From positions 576,001 to 640,000 of the forward strand of contig JAXCHI010000003.1 of the NCBI GenBank assembly GCA_033977065.1: 64,000 nucleotides of DNA, read 5' to 3'. Position numbers and translations under genes: made by a program. Positions 58,057-64,000 of the stretch are shown piece after piece. The notes under the pieces were generated by a model that saw only the letters and a list, made by a program, of their open reading frames with translations, did not search any database and was not told the origin of the DNA. Source of the DNA: Candidatus Algichlamydia australiensis (GTDB taxonomy: Bacteria > Chlamydiota > Chlamydiia > Chlamydiales > JAJFMI01). Every line of letters starts with the position of its first letter. Position 1 is the first letter of the stretch.

Positions 58057-59418
58057 CTATTTTTTGCCTTTACGAGAGACAGTCTTTGAAGATTTCTTGC
58101 GCTTTTTAAAGTATTCATCTAGAAGGATGGGTGCCTGCAGGTGTACATTCATCTTTTTTTCTGCAAAGGCTTGTCGCAGTGTGGTCAAGTTTTCGGAAAA
58201 AGATTTTACAGCTCGCGGGTCGCCTTGGAGTTGGACGTTTAGTGAGTCTGGAGAGGTAGCGTAACGGGTAAGAACAATTTTAGATCCGTCAAAGATCGAA
58301 CCTTTAAGGTTGACCATCACGGTTGTTGTGGTTTGATCGGTATCTTTTTTTACGATGATAGTACCCACCATGTAATCAAAAAGTGCGCGTACCTGTTTTG
58401 AAAGTCCGGTGTAAGCGGTAGGTGTTGCGTTAGGAAGAGCAGATTCGGGTAGAGCTTGTGGCACGGTTCCTTCTGGGAAAGCGCCAAGTTCAGCCATAAA
58501 GCTACTTTTATCTGTTTTTTTTTCTTCAGGGATGACTTTGCCTTCTAAGGCATTGATGGGAAAATCGTTTTTTTCAAAGACGCCTTTTTTCGCAGCATCT
58601 GTTGTGAGGATGCCTAGGTCTTCTAGGACTTCACCCGCTTCTTCTGTAATAGGGGAGAGAGGAGCAGCTTCATCAAGGGCTGTTTCAAGAGTATTGGGGG
58701 TATCACCTGGCAGTTCGGGCGCTGTCTCTGTTGTGGGAGGCTGCCCTTCATCAGAAGTAGATGTGTCGCTCTGCTTGCTGCTCGTAGTCTGTTGTGTGGA
58801 TGTAGAGTATTTTTGAGAGGGGGCTCCCTCTTGTGAGGATGTGGGCTGCGCTTGTTGAGCTGTGGTGGTCTGTTTTTGACTCGTTTCTGGGGCTGGTGAG
58901 GTAGGGGATGGTGCAGGGGTAGGTTGTGCTTGTTTGGCTGAGGAGGGCTTCTGAGGTGCAGGTTGTGCTACTCCCTCTTTTGGTGAAGGTTCAGCTACCA
59001 TTTCGGTCGGTTCGGGCTTTGCAACAAATACGAGTTCTTGCTCAGATTCAGTGTTCGGAGTTTTCTTGCCTGTTTTTTGTTTAGGTTCTGGGAGTACGGT
59101 TTTTTTTGAGGTCTCAATCCCTTTAGTCTCTTGTGGAGATTTCACTGCAAGGAGGCCTTCATCACCCTTTTTGTCGTCCATAAACCTTTGGAAGGCTTCG
59201 CTTGTAGGGACTTCTGTTTCTGGAGCCTCTTTTTTTTTCTTCTCTTCTTCCTCTTCCGTCTTGTTTTTTTTGCCCTGATCGGGGGCTTCGTCCGACTCGT
59301 CAACGCGAAGGAGATTTTCAAAATCTGCTGTCACGGCTGGATCATGCTCTTTTTTTCCCGGCTCTTCGGGGGCAGGTCCAGTGTAAGCATCTGATCTTAT
59401 TTGCTTACCCATCTTCAC
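58057..59418 (-). CDS. cdsP: CdsP/SctP-like needle-length ruler (long, Pro/Thr/Gln-rich)
   Basis: Position after cdsO; disordered linker; C-terminal TTTTVMV...SIFDGSKIVLTRYATSPDSLNVQLQG domain. Confidence 0.72.
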   Translation of the reverse strand: MKMGKQIRSDAYTGPAPEEPGKKEHDPAVTADFENLLRVDESDEAPDQGKKNKTEEEEEKKKKEAPETEVPTSEAFQRFMDDKKGDEGLLAVKSPQETKGIETSKKTVLPEPKQKTGKKTPNTESEQELVFVAKPEPTEMVAEPSPKEGVAQPAPQKPSSAKQAQPTPAPSPTSPAPETSQKQTTTAQQAQPTSSQEGAPSQKYSTSTQQTTSSKQSDTSTSDEGQPPTTETAPELPGDTPNTLETALDEAAPLSPITEEAGEVLEDLGILTTDAAKKGVFEKNDFPINALEGKVIPEEKKTDKSSFMAELGAFPEGTVPQALPESALPNATPTAYTGLSKQVRALFDYMVGTIIVKKDTDQTTTTVMVNLKGSIFDGSKIVLTRYATSPDSLNVQLQGDPRAVKSFSENLTTLRQAFAEKKMNVHLQAPILLDEYFKKRKKSSKTVSRKGKK

Positions 59419-59899
59419 CTCTTTTCCTTCTTAAGATGTGCATGGCTGATCCAAGTTCATCGTTTTGCACGCCCTCTTTTTGCTTTTCCACAAGGCGCAT
59501 CTCATGCTCCCACTCCTTGCGATGCAAACGAATTTTTTCAACGTCTTGCTGTTTTTTCACAAGCTCTTGACGCGCGAGCTCAACAGCTTCTTTTGCTTGC
59601 TTCACAACCTCTTGCTGCTCTTCTACCTTTTTTTTCTTTTTTTCGACATCTTCTTCTACGACGGTGAGGTAGTGACCTGCTTGCTCAATCTTATCGCTTG
59701 TCGTACCCCTGTTGATCTCATCTCGTAGTTGATCAATTTTTTCTTGCTGATGTTTCAGGGCAAGCTCATGCACTTTCTCTTTTTCTTTGAGGGTCTCTTC
59801 CGCTTCTTGCAGTTTTTCTTTTGCTGCAACGAGCGCACGCTCAGCTTCTTCTAGACGCTTTTTTTTAATGGTTTCGAGCTGCTCTAAGGGGTATTTCAT
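59405..59899 (-). CDS. cdsO: T3SS stalk protein CdsO
   Basis: KYPLEQL..IKKKR.EEAE coiled coil ending DELGS; follows cdsN. Confidence 0.9.
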   Translation of the reverse strand: MKYPLEQLETIKKKRLEEAERALVAAKEKLQEAEETLKEKEKVHELALKHQQEKIDQLRDEINRGTTSDKIEQAGHYLTVVEEDVEKKKKKVEEQQEVVKQAKEAVELARQELVKKQQDVEKIRLHRKEWEHEMRLVEKQKEGVQNDELGSAMHILRRKRGEDG

Positions 59900-61209
59900 T
59901 TAAAGAGCGATTTGAGCTGATCTAGTGTCTCTTCAAAAGAGCACTTCTCATCAATAGATTGTTTTAAAAAGCGGTTGACTTTGTCGATATATTTGATGGC
60001 AAAGTCCGCTTTTTTATCTGAACCTGGCTTGTATTCCCCGATGCGAATCAAAAGTTCGTTTTTCTTGTAGTTGGCGAGAACTTCTCGGATTTGTCCAATA
60101 AGTTCCACATGCTCTTTGTTTGTAATGGATGTTAGGATCCGGCTTACGGAAGCGAGAACATCGATAGCAGGGTAGTGATATTGGCGCGCTAGCTCTGATG
60201 AAAGAATGATATGTCCATCTAAAATGGAGCGCGTCTCATCGGAGACGGGTTCGTTCATATCATCACCAGCAACAAGAATGGTATAAAAAGCTGTGATCGA
60301 CCCTTTATCAGAATTTCCAGAACGCTCAAGAAGGCGAGGCAAGGTAGCAAAAACAGAAGGGGTGTAACCCGCTCTTGCAGGGGGCTCTCCAGCAGCGAGG
60401 CCAATTTCACGAAGAGCTCTTGCAAAACGGGTGACCGAGTCCATCATCAAGATGACATTTTTACCCTGATCACGGAAGTACTCGGCGATCGCTGTACCAA
60501 CGTAAGCAGCGTTAAGTCTGAGTTGGGCAGCTTGATCGGAAGTCGAGACGATGACAATGGAATTTTTCATTCCCTCTTCGCCAAGATCGTGCTTGATAAA
60601 TTCACGTACCTCACGACCCCTCTCACCGATTAGGGCGATGACATTGATATCAGCACGTGCGTTGCGGGCGATCATACCAAGAAGCGTCGACTTACCTCCA
60701 CCTGCGGCTGCAAAAATTCCCATTCGCTGACCTTGACCTACGGTCAGAGTCCCATCAATGCAGCGCACGCCCGTTGAGAGCGGCTCTTTAATCATCTTTC
60801 GAGCTAAAGGGTTCGGGGGAGGATTGATGACGGAGTAGGTTTCGTCAAGCTGAAGAGGGCCTTTCTCGTCTTCATCGAGAGGATTGCCAAGGCCGTCGAG
60901 AACGCGACCCAAAAGCTCTGGGCCTACTTTTATTTGGAGGGGGAGACGTAAAGGAATAACCTCAGATGAGGGGCCGATTCCGGTCATGGCACCAAGTGGA
61001 GAAAGATAGACCTCATCTTTTGTGAAGCCAACTACCTCAACCATGAGAGGTTCGCCTGCGCGTTTGATCATGCAGACCTCGCCCATCTTAACTTGGGGCA
61101 CGACAGCCTTGATCAACATCCCCACGATTTCCGTAATACGGCCGGAAATGGTGGTGAGCTCGATATCTTCAAGCTCTTCGATCAGTTTGTCAAAAGGTTC
61201 GTCACTCAT
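59896..61209 (-). CDS. cdsN: T3SS ATPase CdsN/SctN
   Basis: [45 protein letters not shown]. Confidence 0.97.
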   Translation of the reverse strand: MSDEPFDKLIEELEDIELTTISGRITEIVGMLIKAVVPQVKMGEVCMIKRAGEPLMVEVVGFTKDEVYLSPLGAMTGIGPSSEVIPLRLPLQIKVGPELLGRVLDGLGNPLDEDEKGPLQLDETYSVINPPPNPLARKMIKEPLSTGVRCIDGTLTVGQGQRMGIFAAAGGGKSTLLGMIARNARADINVIALIGERGREVREFIKHDLGEEGMKNSIVIVSTSDQAAQLRLNAAYVGTAIAEYFRDQGKNVILMMDSVTRFARALREIGLAAGEPPARAGYTPSVFATLPRLLERSGNSDKGSITAFYTILVAGDDMNEPVSDETRSILDGHIILSSELARQYHYPAIDVLASVSRILTSITNKEHVELIGQIREVLANYKKNELLIRIGEYKPGSDKKADFAIKYIDKVNRFLKQSIDEKCSFEETLDQLKSLFK

Positions 61210-61847
61210 TAGATCTGCATGTTGAACATCGTCTTGATCCCGGAAGCGGCATCAGCAACAAGGATCGAGACAAAGTTTAGCTCAATATTCGCTTTTTGGA
61301 TCTTTGTCTGCATGTGAAGCATCTCACCGGGATTCATGCTGTCTGTTCCACCAGCACTCATCTTTTGCATCTGCTGAGAGGCTCCATTAATTTGATCTTG
61401 GCTATCTTGGATCATATCCAAGAAGCGATCGATCGGATTAGAGGCCTTGGAGACAAAAGGCTCCTGCTCGTTGCCCATTTTCCCAGAAACATAGCGCAAA
61501 TTGTCTTGCACTGTGCCAAGCTTCTTTTTTACAAGGTACTTTTGGGATTGATTGAACTTGGGCCGTTTTTTTAGGTTGTCTCCTGTCTTATTGAGCTCGC
61601 CAGATGTGATGTTCATCTGTCCCATCAATTCATCCATTGAGGGAGGGCCTGTAGGACCTGCTCTTTGGGGCAGATCGAAGGGACTTTGGCCACCTGTTTT
61701 CTCTGCACCTGTAGAGCCTTCAGGCTGCTGCATCAAGGATTCAAAAGATTCAGGAGACTGCTGTCCTTCTTGTTGAAATTCTTCGACCGGTTTCCCTGCT
61801 TGCGCTTCTGATGAGCGGGGAATTTCTCCTGGGACCTCTGATGACAT
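61209..61847 (-). CDS. T3SS-associated protein, CT668-like
   Basis: Position between cdsG and cdsN; ends IKTMFNMQI. Confidence 0.75.
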   Translation of the reverse strand: MSSEVPGEIPRSSEAQAGKPVEEFQQEGQQSPESFESLMQQPEGSTGAEKTGGQSPFDLPQRAGPTGPPSMDELMGQMNITSGELNKTGDNLKKRPKFNQSQKYLVKKKLGTVQDNLRYVSGKMGNEQEPFVSKASNPIDRFLDMIQDSQDQINGASQQMQKMSAGGTDSMNPGEMLHMQTKIQKANIELNFVSILVADAASGIKTMFNMQI

Positions 61848-61854
61848 AAAATTC

Positions 61855-62295
61855 TTAAGTTCTCTTCTCTTTTGGTTTCGGTTGCAGAGGAGATCCCCCC
61901 TCTTTTTTCACAAATTTGTCGACAAACTCAATAGCAGCACCCGCTGTTTTTTTTGTTTGTGCGTCACTTGAACTTTGTGAAATTTCAGTTAGTAGCTTTT
62001 CTCCCTCCATCCCTTTTGTAGGTGATAGGGAGAGGGAGACACCAAGAAGTGTTTTAGCTGTCTCGTTTTTAGGCTCTCGTTTTACAACACTTGTTAAAAC
62101 TTCAATTGCTTGCTTGAGTTCTAACTTATGCAAGTGCAAGTATCCTTCACCAACCTCTGGTAAACTGTTCTCCGGATAGAGAAGTTTACAAGCACGAAAT
62201 AACTTGCGTGCGGAATCTTCGTCCGCTTGGTTTACGGCAATAAAGCCCAACTCTATGAGAACGAAAAAAAGCTCTCGATTTACATATTTGCTCAT
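61855..62295 (-). CDS. cdsG: Needle chaperone CdsG (TPR)
   Basis: LIELGFIAVNQADEDSARKLF...YLHLHKLEL; synteny. Confidence 0.88.
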   Translation of the reverse strand: MSKYVNRELFFVLIELGFIAVNQADEDSARKLFRACKLLYPENSLPEVGEGYLHLHKLELKQAIEVLTSVVKREPKNETAKTLLGVSLSLSPTKGMEGEKLLTEISQSSSDAQTKKTAGAAIEFVDKFVKKEGGSPLQPKPKEKRT

Positions 62296-62301
62296 ACTCT
62301 A

Positions 62302-62553
62302 CTATCCTACTTTCTGGTTACGAACACTGTTCATAATCATTGAACTTACCTGATAAACAAGGTTGGAGATCGATTCCCCGATCTGCGTAACCTGTGACAT
62401 CGCAAACTGGAGAAGCAAAAACTCACCAGGGGTTGCGGAGCTAATATTACTTGCTAAGTCCTGTACCATCGAGACAACCTGCGATTGGATCTGGATATAG
62501 GCACTAATTAGAGTGTTAAAACTTAGCGAAGCCCATTGTGTTTCGTCGCCCAT
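62302..62553 (-). CDS. cdsF: T3SS needle subunit CdsF
   Basis: 83 aa between cdsE and cdsG; FLLLQFAMSQVTQ..ESISN...MNSVRN. Confidence 0.8.
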   Translation of the reverse strand: MGDETQWASLSFNTLISAYIQIQSQVVSMVQDLASNISSATPGEFLLLQFAMSQVTQIGESISNLVYQVSSMIMNSVRNQKVG

Positions 62554-62554
62554 G

Positions 62555-62782
62555 CTATTTTCTCCCTATTCGATCGCAGACTTTTTTTGCTGCGGTGTAG
62601 CCGTGTAAAAGTGTGCTGTAGGCTTCAAACTCATCTTGTTTTGCGCCTTCGCGAAGTTTCTTTTTGCACTTGCCGGTTTCCTCTTCGATTTGATCTAAAA
62701 CTTCTTTCGCTTCTCCCTTGCGAATAAGTTTTTCAATATCGTATTCAAAGAGCTTTTTTTTCCCTTTTTCCATCCCAAACAT
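62555..62782 (-). CDS. cdsE: Needle chaperone CdsE
   Basis: MFGMEK...FEYDIE...LREG...LLHGYTA..KV; synteny. Confidence 0.88.
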   Translation of the reverse strand: MFGMEKGKKKLFEYDIEKLIRKGEAKEVLDQIEEETGKCKKKLREGAKQDEFEAYSTLLHGYTAAKKVCDRIGRK

Positions 62783-62813
62783 GGTGAATCCTATAATCTT
62801 TTTTTTAGCTTAC

Positions 62814-64000
62814 TTATTGCTGATTGTAGTTAATTTTAAATTTTAATCCATCCTTTTCGAGTAAAATTTCATTTGACTCGATTCCAGTGATTGTCATGCT
62901 ATCTAACGTGTCTCCAACTGAAAGAATTTTCCCATTGATGACGACATACTCATTTACATTTCCTACTTTAGAGCTCCCTGTAACTTTAAACTTTGAGGTT
63001 AAATCTATCCGGGATGTGGAAGCTGTTGTAAATACAACGAAATTTTTAATGATCCGAATTCCTCGAGTGCGTTTTAACACTTCAAGAGTTTCGGAAAATT
63101 CTTTTTTCATATCTTCACTTACACGACCACCGAGTACAAGCTCACCATTGTTAAGCTTAAAGGTTACATTATTGAGATGGTTCTCAATTAGTGTAGAGCG
63201 AACCTCTTCTTGCAGAATTTTTTCTACAATAACGCGGTAGTCTAGCTTATCTAAGTAGACAAAGTTGCGGTTTAAGTAGTCGCGAAGGGCCCCACTATCT
63301 TCGATTGTGTCTACATAACCGCGAATAATAAAATTACCCGGTTCAGGTGCTGTCATTGTAACCGAGCGCCAATTTGGATTGTTGATCAAAAGGGCGTTCA
63401 TCTCTTCATAGACGCTCTCATCAATCACCACATTGTCTTCGATTGTTTTGATGTAAGGAAGATTTTGTAGCAAATAGGTCAATTCACTATGCTCAACTTC
63501 TGTTAACACGTGGCCGAGAAGAAAGATCTTTCCGCTGCCCTTGTTGTAGGTGAATTCTACATCTGGGAAATCTTTGATCTCTTTACGAATCTCTTCACTT
63601 GGGTCGATCTGCACAATTTCAATTGCCTCAGACTTAAATAGAGAGAAAAAGCCAAAAACACCAATGAAGAGCAAGACAGTAAATGCACCCGCAATCACCA
63701 TGTGTCTTGTCGGGACAACCATCTCTTTCCAGCCCCTGTTTTCCATGCGTGCTTCTTCTTCGAGAGCCTCTACTTCCTCTTTTGAAGGGGGAGTGGCTCC
63801 TAAAGTGGGAGGAGGAGAAAAGATTGTCTCGCGAGAGACTTCGCGATCAATGATCAGAAAAGAAGTTGTACCAAGAACAATTACATCCTGTGGAGTAATC
63901 GGGGTTGGTTGCGTAATGGTCTTTCCATTAACTAAAGTGCTATTGCGACTCTTTAAATCTTCAATCGTAATCTGGCCTGTTGAGTCGGTGCTCACCTTGG
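62814..64000 (-). CDS. cdsD: T3SS inner-membrane ring protein CdsD (5' part lies beyond the window)
   Basis: FHA remnant IEDLKSRNSTLVNG, TM segment, BON-like domains (LLGHVLT, DNVVIDE), VVINGKILSVGDTLD. Confidence 0.92.
   Translation of the reverse strand, partial: KVSTDSTGQITIEDLKSRNSTLVNGKTITQPTPITPQDVIVLGTTSFLIIDREVSRETIFSPPPTLGATPPSKEEVEALEEEARMENRGWKEMVVPTRHMVIAGAFTVLLFIGVFGFFSLFKSEAIEIVQIDPSEEIRKEIKDFPDVEFTYNKGSGKIFLLGHVLTEVEHSELTYLLQNLPYIKTIEDNVVIDESVYEEMNALLINNPNWRSVTMTAPEPGNFIIRGYVDTIEDSGALRDYLNRNFVYLDKLDYRVIVEKILQEEVRSTLIENHLNNVTFKLNNGELVLGGRVSEDMKKEFSETLEVLKRTRGIRIIKNFVVFTTASTSRIDLTSKFKVTGSSKVGNVNEYVVINGKILSVGDTLDSMTITGIESNEILLEKDGLKFKINYNQQ

Noticed and set aside
1..64000. tRNA or rRNA genes and a CIRCE element at dnaJ
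   Set aside because: No cloverleaf, rRNA signature or TTAGCACTC-N9-GAGTGCTAA was seen in the intergenic regions by eye; a tRNAscan or Rfam run would confirm.

Overview
Gene order and sequence point to a chromosome segment of an environmental member of the phylum Chlamydiota (inference). Core blocks follow chlamydial order: dnaJ-rpsU-tsaB-lon...rnz, ABC-F/xerC, cdsZ-rnpB, glyA-clpP1-dapF, a SWIM/SNF2 helicase, der, and the type III secretion cluster cdsD-E-F-G-CT668-N-O-P-Q-pkn5-cdsC on the minus strand. Accessory regions: (1) a lipid-synthesis cluster at 1-5.7 kb (CdsA/YnbB-like, atypical CDP-alcohol phosphotransferase, PLP class-V enzyme fused to an SDR lacking YxxxK, and an acyl-AMP ligase-ACP-acyltransferase fusion); (2) a ~9.5 kb island between pkn5 and cdsC with a BMT5/DUF2431-like methyltransferase, a coupled gene pair resembling a binary toxin, a putative permuted-papain protein with a basic tail, a small CaaX-ending protein and an AAA ATPase preceded by three 33-bp-spaced repeats; (3) toxin-antitoxin and Fic genes; (4) five unrelated fold-back elements, two of which split genes at CTAG sites; (5) a CPD photolyase, a cysteine-rich porin, two CdsP-like paralogues and a secretin with many tandem N-domains. 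No tRNA, rRNA or CRISPR array was seen. All family calls come from reading motifs by eye; no database search was run.
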